Of a DNA stretch of 32,000 nt, positions 14,781-22,618 are shown piece after piece. This stretch comes from Candidatus Saccharimonadota bacterium (GTDB lineage: Archaea > Micrarchaeota > Micrarchaeia > Micrarchaeales > Micrarchaeaceae): assembly GCA_963705375.1 (NCBI GenBank), contig OY970071.1, positions 1,177,603 through 1,209,602 of the forward strand, in the 5' to 3' direction. The notes beneath the pieces were generated by a model. That model searched no databases and was not told the DNA's origin. It worked only from the letters and a program-made list of their open reading frames with translations. Made by a program: the position numbers and the translations under genes. Numbering within the stretch: the stretch's first letter is position 1; every line of letters starts with the position of its first letter.

Positions 14781-15258
14781 TTGTAACACCAAACTCCTGC
14801 AGATACTTGTCCAATGTCTTGAGGAATGTGCTCTCGTCCATCGGGCATCCCGGCACCTCGTCATCCACCACCACTATGTCCTTCACAGAACGGACCTTTT
14901 CTGTCTGGTTGAAGCGCACGAGCAAGAATGCGATCTTTTTCTTCAAGTTCTCGTCAAAAAGGTTCCTTTGCGCCGAAGGCATGCCGTTTATGGCGCACGA
15001 TCCTATTGCGACGAGTTTCTTGGAATTCTTCCGTATCTCCCTCAATTTCTTGGCGTCCTTTTCTGTAGTTATCGCGCCCTCAACAAAAGCGACGTCTATG
15101 TCCCTAAGCACGTTATTCCTCTTCAGTACGCGCGCATGCCTTATGTCCAACTGCTCTTTCCACTTGAAGAAATTGTCGTTCATCAGCTCCGTCCACAGTA
15201 TCGTGCTGTCTTCACTGCAGGTGAAGGAGAACCACCCTATCTTCAGTTTTTTCTTCAC
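14770..15258 (-). CDS. [NiFe]-hydrogenase small subunit, short HoxY/delta-like form with a single (proximal) cluster site and only three Cys
   Basis: Length 162 aa. KIGWFSFTCSEDS aligns to the W.(A/G).C.GC region, VAIGSCAINGMP to the G.C...G region, and VPGCPMD to GCPP. GTG start at 15258, which is the only start codon after the in-frame stop at 15292-15294. Translationally coupled to the large subunit. Confidence 0.8.
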   Translation of the reverse strand: MKKKLKIGWFSFTCSEDSTILWTELMNDNFFKWKEQLDIRHARVLKRNNVLRDIDVAFVEGAITTEKDAKKLREIRKNSKKLVAIGSCAINGMPSAQRNLFDENLKKKIAFLLVRFNQTEKVRSVKDIVVVDDEVPGCPMDESTFLKTLDKYLQEFGVTNAH

Positions 15259-15378
15259 GAGCGTATATGGCTTAGCAGCATTAAAAACCTTTCACCTTTC
15301 TGGAGTTTGCCGCAAAAACCCGTTAGCATGGCTGAAACAAAAACATAAATAATCTTGGCGCGATATCTGTCTGATAAT
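15259..15378. promoter_or_regulatory. Divergent promoter region between hydrogenase structural genes (-) and hypC genes (+)
   Basis: On the minus strand, tttttaat (about 15281-15288) is centred about 26 nt upstream of the GTG at 15258. On the plus strand, cataaataat (15344-15353) is centred about 30 nt upstream of the ATG at 15379. Confidence 0.4.
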
Positions 15379-15576
15379 ATGTGCCAGGCTCCTGTCGGGA
15401 AGGTTGTGACTGCAGAAAGTGGGAAACTTACGGTAAAATACAAGGGCAAGCTGTTCGAACTGAACTCAAAGCTTCCTGACGTAAAGGCTGGCGATTATGT
15501 CCTGTTCTCGCTCGACATAGCCATAGACAAGGTCGACAAAGAAGAAGCAGAGGCCATCTTGGGTAAGATGAAATGA
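15379..15576 (+). CDS. hypC: Hydrogenase maturation chaperone HypC/HupF family
   Basis: Starting at the ATG at 15379 gives MCQAPVGKVV..., the obligatory N-terminal Met-Cys of HypC. It is followed by the OB-fold pattern and GDYVLFSLDIAIDKVDKEEAEAIL (compare GD(W/Y)VLVHVGFAI..I.E.EA). The track start at 15355 is a TTG adjacent to the TATA-like box, so it is rejected. Confidence 0.85.
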   Translation: MCQAPVGKVVTAESGKLTVKYKGKLFELNSKLPDVKAGDYVLFSLDIAIDKVDKEEAEAILGKMK

Positions 15577-16121
15577 AAGAAGACAAGAAGGATGGCATGG
15601 AGATATCCGACAAACTGCTATTCTGGAAGTATGCCCTTCCCTGTGCCGTGCCTAGCAAGGCTGCCGTCAAGGAAGATGCAGACCGCATGATAGCCACAGT
15701 GTCAAAAGGCAATATTCCTGAAGAAGATCTCAGAAGCATATTTCCTATTGCGCCCAGGCTGTGCGAGGCCACGGCGGTAAAGCTGGGAAAGAAGGTCATA
15801 GATGCGAGCGTCATAAGGGTCTACTTTCTGCTAAGGCACAATGAAGTGGTTGATGCAAGTGCGTCACAGGTGAATGATTACGATCCTGAAGACTGCAAAA
15901 CCTATTCAGGCATCGTAACAAACACGGATGGCGTTCTTGCCGAAGTCGAAACAACAAGAGGTATACGGGAATATCGGACTGATTTCTGCATGAATGTTAA
16001 AAAAGGAGACCGGGTTGTTGTGCACTTCGACTTCATCGTGGAAAAAATATCCGATTCTCTGTCTGAAAGGATGGATGCAGAAGCGAATGTGCACGGAAAA
16101 CCGAAGTCTAAGTCGACCTAG
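15573..16121 (+). CDS. Two-domain protein: unknown roughly 107-aa N-terminal domain fused to a HypC-like OB-fold domain (Cys108 internal)
   Basis: The ATG at 15573 overlaps the hypC TGA (ATGA overlap). Residues 108-170, CKTYSGIVTNTDGVLAEVETTRGIREYRTDFCMNVKKGDRVVVHFDFIVEKISDS, parallel E. coli HypC MCIGVPGQIRTIDGNQAKVDVCGIQRDVDL...VGQWVLVHVGFAMSVINE. Confidence 0.6.
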   Translation: MKEDKKDGMEISDKLLFWKYALPCAVPSKAAVKEDADRMIATVSKGNIPEEDLRSIFPIAPRLCEATAVKLGKKVIDASVIRVYFLLRHNEVVDASASQVNDYDPEDCKTYSGIVTNTDGVLAEVETTRGIREYRTDFCMNVKKGDRVVVHFDFIVEKISDSLSERMDAEANVHGKPKSKST

Positions 16122-16162
16122 TGCTGAAGCATATTCCACATCAAAGCACCGACTTAATTGTG

Positions 16163-17197
16163 CTATGTATGTGCTACCGCGTCAGCAATCTTTGAGAAGA
16201 CGTTCTTTATGTTTGCACATGTCAGTTCATAGATTTGCTGGACGGTAAAGCCGTCTTTCCTGAGTCTTCGAAGCAGATGACTGTACTCCTCCAAGCTTCT
16301 TATGCCTGACATGTAGAAATCTTTAGGGTTGTCCTCGTTGTACGTCTTTCTTTCTTTTTCATGTGGCGCATGATCGCTCTCTATCCAGTCTATCTTTCCG
16401 TGTCTGAGGAGTTCCCACATGCCAAGTCTCGTCTTATTGTTCCTGAGCGGCGGATTCACCTTGTACTTCATACCGCTCACACTCTGCATATCGTCTGTCG
16501 AGTGCAGCAAATGATGGGGCGTGACCCCGCAACTTATCCTCATGCATGCTCGTGCCTCGTCGACTAGCCAGACTGTCTGTGGTGTAGAGGCATGGCATAT
16601 GTGCAGATGGCCCGTGAATTCCTCCTCATGTGCAAACTTTATCTGGTTTTCCACGCTTCTTATTTCCATTTTAGGTGGCCTTGCCAAATTCCAAGTCGAG
16701 GGCCTTTCCGGAATCCACAGATCCTGCCTTCCAAAGCCCTCATACTCGCAATGCACTGCCAGGACGCCATCGTAGTGCGCTTCTGTCAGACTCTTGTATA
16801 CCATTCTCTGGTCATCATCTTTTATCACGGCAAGGTCGCCCACGGACCTGCCAGCGAACATCTTCAAACCTATGACTCTGGGATACTCTTTGAATATTCT
16901 AACTGCGTCATTCACCTGTTCAGGATCTGTTGTCACCCCTACGTATAGATAATAGCCGTCGAGCGAACCGAGCTCGTTCATAGCTGTTGTCAGTCGCCTC
17001 TCGACCAGCTCTGCTGTTGTTACTGGTGGCTTGGTGTTTGGCATGTCAAATATGATGCTCACGCCCTGCCTTGCTGCAAGGCGCTTGACCTCTCCTATCG
17101 TGGCCTTTCCAGATTCTTCCCAGTCCCTGCAATGCACGTGAGGATCTATTGCTATTGCATTCGTAACAGGGTTGACGACTAGCGTATTCGGTTTCAT
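16163..17197 (-). CDS. Dihydroorotase-like cyclic amidohydrolase (short form, 344 aa)
   Basis: Metal-binding signature series: IDPHVHCRD, DMPNTKPP, GLKMFAG (putative carboxylated Lys), AVHCE, LHICHAST, GVTPHHL, ESDHAPH. The likely start is ATG at 17197 (MKPNTLVV...) rather than 17236. Confidence 0.75.
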   Translation of the reverse strand: MKPNTLVVNPVTNAIAIDPHVHCRDWEESGKATIGEVKRLAARQGVSIIFDMPNTKPPVTTAELVERRLTTAMNELGSLDGYYLYVGVTTDPEQVNDAVRIFKEYPRVIGLKMFAGRSVGDLAVIKDDDQRMVYKSLTEAHYDGVLAVHCEYEGFGRQDLWIPERPSTWNLARPPKMEIRSVENQIKFAHEEEFTGHLHICHASTPQTVWLVDEARACMRISCGVTPHHLLHSTDDMQSVSGMKYKVNPPLRNNKTRLGMWELLRHGKIDWIESDHAPHEKERKTYNEDNPKDFYMSGIRSLEEYSHLLRRLRKDGFTVQQIYELTCANIKNVFSKIADAVAHT

Positions 17198-17382
17198 GTT
17201 ATTTCCCCATAATGAAACGTTATATATGGTGCACATCTAAATAAAAACCGGCTCTATTACGGTGCACTTACACAAAATACACAAACATAAAACGCCAAAC
17301 GTTTTGGCCAGTGCTGCGGCATTCTGTAAGACAAGAACTGTCCAGAAACCGGTTAGATGTACGGGTTATCTGCGAAGCGATT

Positions 17383-17994
17383 TTATCCTGGCTTGAGCGG
17401 CGTCCTCTCTTTTTTGTTTATGTCGTCGACAACGGTCCTGCAGTCTGGATCGTTTGTTGCCTGGAACTTCTCGCAGTCAACCGCGCTTTCTGTCAGCAGC
17501 ATGTCGCTCTTCGCTACGACATAATGTATCTCTCCCTCTTCTATCCTTAACAAGCTTCCCGGTCGTTGGTTTATTTCAAGCCAAGTGCCTTCCCTCAAGA
17601 TGTGCCATGTTCCGCTGCCTACCGGCATGCTGAAGTTGACTGCATACGGGTGAGAGTGGCCTCCTCTTGCATACCCTTCATGCGTACCTACTATGTTGTA
17701 CACCTCTGCACCGGCAAATTTTACTGTACATATGATCCCTCTTGGATCCTCGTTTACATTATCGACCGATAGCAATGCCCTTTTATCAAAATCCACATCT
17801 ACCTGGCCCGTATATGTCCAATTGTACCCTGCCATACTTCTTTCGTCTAGGTCCCTGGCAACGGGACTTGCGATTATCCCTTCTTTTGATGCGTTGAGTT
17901 CAAAAACAGGTGCGCCTTTGAACATCACCATGCACATGCAATCGTTAAGCGAAACTACGAAAATCATGCTCTTGGACAGTGTCTTTTCTGCCAT
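17383..17994 (-). CDS. RmlC-like cupin protein (FdtA/WxcM-like signature)
   Basis: The pattern EDPRG...ARGGHSHPY...G.W.......LLRIEEGEIHYVVAKSDMLL resembles the D.RG...RGGHAHK cupin core of sugar ketoisomerases. The N-terminal roughly 70 aa is unassigned. Confidence 0.4.
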   Translation of the reverse strand: MAEKTLSKSMIFVVSLNDCMCMVMFKGAPVFELNASKEGIIASPVARDLDERSMAGYNWTYTGQVDVDFDKRALLSVDNVNEDPRGIICTVKFAGAEVYNIVGTHEGYARGGHSHPYAVNFSMPVGSGTWHILREGTWLEINQRPGSLLRIEEGEIHYVVAKSDMLLTESAVDCEKFQATNDPDCRTVVDDINKKERTPLKPG

Positions 17995-18182
17995 TGTACC
18001 ACAGAAAGTATGGTCTAAATTATGAGATATTTATGCATTTGCACTATCAAGGCTTTATCCTGGCATTATGGCTGAGAACACAGGGCCTATTTGCCATCTG
18101 CTGAATGCGGGCTTTGAACCTTCCAGGAAGCAAGACCACCACGTATATATATTTGGACAAACACACACTTTTTTGCGATTTA

Positions 18183-18710
18183 ATGCCGAACCAAACAAGA
18201 GAAACATACGAACAACTTTTCAGCGTGGTGCAGGAGGGTGGGAAGTGCGTGCAAGCGTATGGTGCCCCTTCGGGGCAGGGAGCAACATATGAGGGTTCAA
18301 GCAAAATTGCAAGAATGTTAAACGGAACGCTACCAACCCCGCAGGAACTCATAAATTTCCTTATCAGAAACAGAGAGGAACAAGAGACGGTCAGAGGCGA
18401 ATGGTGCTACTTGGGTAATGCAATAATAGATGGCGATGTTGACAAAGATAAGGTGTATATGCTTCGTAAAGAAAGACTGGTTCCTGTGGGGCCCTCCTCA
18501 GACCCAGAATATGCTGTGTATGTGTGCGGACTCCAAAGCCGTCCATTGTCCTTCACTATCAGGGCGTCTCTCGAAACTGGTTCGCGTTTTTGCATAGACA
18601 GCTGCGATCCGCTCCAAGAGGCCACCGTAGTATTTGTTATAAAGGATGCACGCAACATGTTCTATAAAGAAAGGAAAGAATTCATGCGAGCTATTGACGA
18701 ACTAAGATAG
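18183..18710 (+). CDS. Hypothetical protein (175 aa)
   Basis: Long ORF with window-typical codon usage. tatatatatt at 18144-18153 lies about 35 nt upstream of the ATG at 18183, which favours this start over the track start at 18105. No motif recognised. Confidence 0.5.
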   Translation: MPNQTRETYEQLFSVVQEGGKCVQAYGAPSGQGATYEGSSKIARMLNGTLPTPQELINFLIRNREEQETVRGEWCYLGNAIIDGDVDKDKVYMLRKERLVPVGPSSDPEYAVYVCGLQSRPLSFTIRASLETGSRFCIDSCDPLQEATVVFVIKDARNMFYKERKEFMRAIDELR

Positions 18711-18751
18711 TGTTATGCAACGTTAACACTGCATGGTATCGTGTTGATGGT

Positions 18752-19726
18752 ATGACAAAATCAAAAACCGCACATAGCAGCGGGCACGATGAAGCGCATA
18801 ACGCTCTGCTGAGACAAGATCGTACTATATTGTATGACGAAGGTCTCGCTCTGGCAGATAAGGGGGAGTGGGAAGCGGCGCTTGCAGTCTTTAATATTAT
18901 TATAACTCAGAACCCAAACGACGCAGATGCACGGTGCAAGAAAGGCGCCGTGTATGTGAAAATGGAGGACTGGGGCAAAGCGCTTGAAGCATATGAATCC
19001 GCGATAGCGGTGGACCGAGGCTTAGAGGAGGCGTGGTATCGTAAAGGGGTTATGCACTTGATGCTGGAAGACTTGGATATGGCTATTGTTGCCTTCAAAA
19101 GGGCGATAGATCTGGACTCGAACGATGCCGATGCATGGTGTGGTTTGGGTGACGCACATGTCGGAAAAGGGCAATGGCGCTACGCTCTTGAAGCCTATAC
19201 TGCTGCACTGGCATCAAATCCCGACGATTTCGATGCATTGCGCGGCAAAGGGGACATGCATTCAAAAATGAGGGAGTGGCGCAACGCTGTCGAAGCCTAT
19301 GATGCTGCACTGGTGCTAAATACAAGCGATGCTGGTGTATGGAACGGCAAAGGAATCGCGCACGGGGAAATTGGCGAATTGGTCGAGGCACTCGCTGCCT
19401 TCAAAAAGGTAGCAGATCTGAATCCAGATTATGCGGCTGCATGGCACAACATAGCGTACACACTTTATCGTATGGCAAAAGAATGTGAATCTGAAGTTAC
19501 CCGTCAAGAGAATCTTGAGGGGGCACGCCGGGCAGTTGACCGTGCGATAGCCGCGAACCAAGACTATGAAAGCGCATGGCGTATCAAAGCATACGTGCTC
19601 CGCGCGATGGGAGAGACTGCAGAAGCTGATAAGTGCTTTGCCAAGGCTGAGAATTGTTCTGCGAGAATGAGGGAAGTCCAAAAACGTCCGTCAAAAGCAG
19701 ACGAAGAAAGACTTCGGGACACATAA
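18752..19726 (+). CDS. Tetratricopeptide (TPR) repeat protein
   Basis: About 8 consecutive 34-aa units with the W..(K/L)G.......(W/Y).(E/N)A(L/V).A(Y/F)..A(L/I)..(D/N)P pattern, for example AEAWYRKGVMHLMLEDLDMAIVAFKRAIDLDSND. ATG at 18752. An alternative GTG at 18710 overlaps the upstream stop. Confidence 0.85.
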   Translation: MTKSKTAHSSGHDEAHNALLRQDRTILYDEGLALADKGEWEAALAVFNIIITQNPNDADARCKKGAVYVKMEDWGKALEAYESAIAVDRGLEEAWYRKGVMHLMLEDLDMAIVAFKRAIDLDSNDADAWCGLGDAHVGKGQWRYALEAYTAALASNPDDFDALRGKGDMHSKMREWRNAVEAYDAALVLNTSDAGVWNGKGIAHGEIGELVEALAAFKKVADLNPDYAAAWHNIAYTLYRMAKECESEVTRQENLEGARRAVDRAIAANQDYESAWRIKAYVLRAMGETAEADKCFAKAENCSARMREVQKRPSKADEERLRDT

Positions 19727-19816
19727 GGCTACAACGGGATGGCCTGGCGTATCTGTTTTTAGATGATAGTTTCATCATATCCTTGTACTGCAGGTCGAAG
19801 AGGTGCCAGATCTAAC

Positions 19817-21097
19817 TTAGCCGGATATTGTCGGGTTTGATTCTTTTCCCATGAACAATATCGCACCGTTGTGGTTGTCTATGATGAAGAACATGAATGG
19901 GTGGTCTGCGCGGAATTGCGGTATTTGGGGAGGTTCTGTGCAACCCATGCACGCGCCAGCCATTACGCCTGCTGTTGCCGCAGCAGCCTCTGTTCCCTTT
20001 TCATCCACTTTTATGAATGCCTTATGAAAGACATCTGATATATACGTACCAGGTGTTGAACTTATTCCCGAGAAATTCGCCGTATTCGGATCGAACGCAC
20101 TTTTGATTCCAAGCGATCGAAGCGCTGCGCCTATGCTTTCACTAGGGGTGGTCATATTGAACCTGGGAAGCCAGACCTGCACGTCTTCTTTTACGGACCT
20201 AGAACTAATATCTGCGAGTTGGGCAGAAGACAGACCTGCTTCGACCTGTTGTATTCCGTACTTTTGATTAGGCAACAAAATAAGCATCGATAAGTTACCT
20301 CCTTGATAATCTAATTTTATTGCTTGTAATTCGTTGTCTGAATAATAAGACGTATTGAACTCGGAATACATCATAGGTGCTGTCACATTGCTAGAGGGTG
20401 AAACAAAGAAGGTTGTATTCTGCGTATTGCTCTTGTTAAATTCTTGCAACCAAGTTCCCTTGAAATAAACTGCATTTACAAGAACCAAACGCGTATTTTC
20501 GTCTATCGCTCCTTCAGGGATAAGATTTAATATCCTGTTATTAGTCCTTCCGGCAACCCAATTGTTGATGTTTGTGGTTTCGCCAGCAGCATTGTTGACG
20601 AAGTCCGCTTGTTGTATCAAAGCAGCATAATACTTTGAGAGGTTGATTGCGAATTGTTGATTTACTGGAAATGTTTTTTCTATCCAGATGGCATCTGCAA
20701 TTGAGAGGTTGACGCCTAAGCTATTAGAGCTAAGGTTGTTAATGAGCTTTCCGAAGTCCCTATTATCTGCCGAGAAGTTACTCGAAATACCTAAAACATT
20801 CTGCATCTGGCTCAAGGTACTGCCTCCTGCACCTTCTGCCATCATAGACATAACAGTAAAAATCGAAAACGGCGAAAAAACCAAATTTGATGACTGATTC
20901 TCAGATTTGTTGTTCAACAATGTATAAAACTTGAATGAGAAGCTGTTGATGCTATTTGCAATGCTGGTGGAATTTCCCTTGACTAAATGTATTGGCACAT
21001 TCGGAGGTGCATTTGGCCTGCTTACCAGAACACAAGGAATGATTGCAATAACTGCAATTATCAGCACTGCCAATTCATACTTCAATGTCTTTTGCAT
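19817..21097 (-). CDS. Serpin (serine protease inhibitor) with N-terminal membrane anchor
   Basis: Matches typical serpin motifs: NLVFSPFSIFTVMSMMAEGAGGSTLSQM, LVLVNAVYFKGTW, the hinge EKGTEAAAAT, then DHPFMFFI...ILFMGK. N-terminal hydrophobic helix LAVLIIAVIAIIPCVLV. Confidence 0.9.
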   Translation of the reverse strand: MQKTLKYELAVLIIAVIAIIPCVLVSRPNAPPNVPIHLVKGNSTSIANSINSFSFKFYTLLNNKSENQSSNLVFSPFSIFTVMSMMAEGAGGSTLSQMQNVLGISSNFSADNRDFGKLINNLSSNSLGVNLSIADAIWIEKTFPVNQQFAINLSKYYAALIQQADFVNNAAGETTNINNWVAGRTNNRILNLIPEGAIDENTRLVLVNAVYFKGTWLQEFNKSNTQNTTFFVSPSSNVTAPMMYSEFNTSYYSDNELQAIKLDYQGGNLSMLILLPNQKYGIQQVEAGLSSAQLADISSRSVKEDVQVWLPRFNMTTPSESIGAALRSLGIKSAFDPNTANFSGISSTPGTYISDVFHKAFIKVDEKGTEAAAATAGVMAGACMGCTEPPQIPQFRADHPFMFFIIDNHNGAILFMGKESNPTISG

Positions 21098-21299
21098 AAC
21101 TGATATAAACTACAAAAGGCTAAGTAAATACCCTTTGCCATAGGCAGAGTTGCGCCTGAAAATCCAAATCCTAAATGATATACACAGACATACTCTCCAC
21201 ATACGTTGCCTCCGCGAACATCCATAATCGGTACTTGCTTAGCACTCAAAACCCTTGTGGATCCAGACAAGCTTGAGAACATCGAAAAGATATTGCGGG

Positions 21300-21663
21300 T
21301 TCAAGAGTCGAAGACAAAAGATTAACGTTCTTTTGTGCAGGTAGCTCATGCCTACAGTAACATCGTGCAACTGTAGCCTTTTTATCTGAGGATTTAGGCT
21401 GCCTCTCTTCGACAACCATGCCAAGTATGGGATAACCGTTAATGCAATATGTCCCGGCATCATCGAGACCAAGATGGCCGATCCATTCACTGGCGATCTG
21501 AAAACACTTCAACAGTTCCTTCAAGCAATACCCGTAGGCTGTGTAGGGGGCCAGAGGACATAGTTTATGCTGTACTGTTCCTTGCAAGCGCGGAGGCAGC
21601 TACATCACTGGAAGTGAAATCGTGGTCGACGGCGGATGGGCTCGCACCTCTAGCAGCGTCTAA
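21300..21663 (+). pseudogene. Decayed short-chain dehydrogenase/reductase (SDR) gene remnant
   Basis: Read across three frames, the plus strand gives ..AYS.. / ..LPLFDNHAKYGITVNAICPGIIETKMADPFTGDLKTLQQFLQAIPVGCVGG / PEDIVYAVLFLASAEA / SYITGSEIVVDGGWAR*. This is the canonical C-terminal half of an SDR. It is interrupted by at least 2 frameshifts (near 21553 and 21598) and by in-frame stops upstream. The catalytic Y...K is not intact, and no N-terminal Rossmann G..G..G motif was found. Confidence 0.6.
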
Positions 21664-21781
21664 ATGTAACGCGGTTATGTGTTGTGAAAGGTGGAGTCTG
21701 CTTCGTCATGCAAGATTTGTAAAGACGCAAGCCCAATAGCTATGTATTTTAATTAGTCTTGAACAACCTCTACGATAAGTT

Positions 21782-22486
21782 ATGCGGCCAGAAATATCTG
21801 TCATAATACCTGCGCTGAACGAAGAGAAGTATATAGGCCGTGCCCTGAATGGACTTGCACATCAGAGCTTCAAAGATTTTGAGACGATAGTTGTCGATGG
21901 TGGTAGCACGGACAAGACAAGGTCGATAGCTAGGAAGTGTGCAGTTGTGATCATAGAGCGAAAGCGCGGTGTGGGTAGGGCAAGGAACGTCGGTGCATCC
22001 TGCGCACGAGGCAGCATCCTTGTCTTCATGGACGCAGATACCCGTCCTTCTTCCTCTCTTCTTGGTGCGTACCATCATGTGTTTAAGAATAACCGCATAG
22101 TGGCTGCGACTGGTCCGATAAAGCCTTTAGAGCGCACTTCTAGAAGGCTCAGCATAGGCTTCAGCTTCGTATCCGTGTTCCTTATTAGGTTCTCCATGCT
22201 GATCGGACGTCCCTCCATGGTTGGCTCGAACTTCGCAGTGAAGAAAGAGGCTTTTGATAAGGTGGGGGGATTTGACAGTAACCTTATAACATATGAGGAC
22301 TTGGTGCTCTCAAATGAGCTAAAAAAGACAGGAAAGATTGCCTATGTTCCAAGTGCGCTTGTCTACACGAGTGCAAGGCGCGTTTTAGCCTGGGGAATCC
22401 GCCGCTATTTCGTTTACCACCTAGGCAACATGATCCACTATCATCTATTCAAGAAACCGAAAAGAGACTATGCGCCAATAAGGTAA
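21782..22486 (+). CDS. Family 2 glycosyltransferase
   Basis: Motifs ISVIIPALNEEKYIGRALNGLAHQSFKDFETIVVDGGSTDKT and FMDADT (DxD-type), typical of GT2 GT-A fold enzymes. Confidence 0.85.
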   Translation: MRPEISVIIPALNEEKYIGRALNGLAHQSFKDFETIVVDGGSTDKTRSIARKCAVVIIERKRGVGRARNVGASCARGSILVFMDADTRPSSSLLGAYHHVFKNNRIVAATGPIKPLERTSRRLSIGFSFVSVFLIRFSMLIGRPSMVGSNFAVKKEAFDKVGGFDSNLITYEDLVLSNELKKTGKIAYVPSALVYTSARRVLAWGIRRYFVYHLGNMIHYHLFKKPKRDYAPIR

Positions 22487-22522
22487 TATGGCAGTCTGCA
22501 AGCCTTTGCCGGCAAACATGAT

Positions 22523-22618
22523 TGCCGCAGGCAGGATTTGAACCTGCGACATTTCGCTTTTTGACAAGCAGAAATTGCTTGACTTCAGGCGAACGCTCTC
22601 CCACTGAGCTACTGCAGC
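22523..22618 (-). tRNA. tRNA-Phe (GAA) with a 24-nt intron at the canonical 37/38 position
   Basis: The minus strand reads GCTGCAG TA GCTC AGTGGGA GAGC G TTCGC CTGAAG [tcaagcaatttctgcttgtcaaaa] A GCGAA ATGTC GCAGG TTCAAAT CCTGC CTGCGGC A. All four stems pair. The intron contains the hairpin CAAGCA/TGCTTG. No CCA is encoded. aatataaa (22644-22651) lies about 30 nt upstream. Confidence 0.9.

Noticed and set aside
14781-14864. N-terminal 28-aa extension of the large-subunit ORF (MTRCRDARWTRAHSSRHW...).
   Set aside because: It would overlap the small-subunit coding region by 95 nt and is Arg/Trp/Ser-rich junk. The ATG at 14780 gives the classic short overlap with the upstream stop.
13329-15352. 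Plus-strand ORFs of 81-240 aa overlapping the hydrogenase genes (13329..13790, 13699..13983, 14164..14451, 14626..15348, 14807..15352).
   Set aside because: They are antisense to genes with unmistakable [NiFe]-hydrogenase motifs. Their products have no motifs and show skewed Leu/Ser/Cys/Phe composition typical of antisense translation.
12570-16121. Search for hypA, GTPase-type hypB, hypD/E/F or a maturation endopeptidase within the hydrogenase locus.
   Set aside because: No ORF in or beside the locus shows the HypA CxxC...CxxC zinc motif, a GTPase G1-G4 set, the HypD CGxH motifs or an endopeptidase signature. Only the HypC-type genes and a MinD-type ATPase are present.
18047-18352. A minus-strand 101-aa ORF and a plus-strand 74-aa ORF near the start of the 18183 gene; also the longer 18105 start.
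   Set aside because: They overlap the TATA-like box and 5' end of the better-supported plus-strand gene. They are short, Cys/Pro-rich, and lack upstream promoter-like sequence.
21239-21739. Intact-looking ORFs of 83, 113 (minus strand) and 96 aa (plus strand) in the serpin-GT2 gap.
   Set aside because: The plus-strand sequence reads as an SDR C-terminal half only when frames are joined. The 96-aa ORF is one fragment of that fossil, and the minus-strand ORFs are its antisense shadows.
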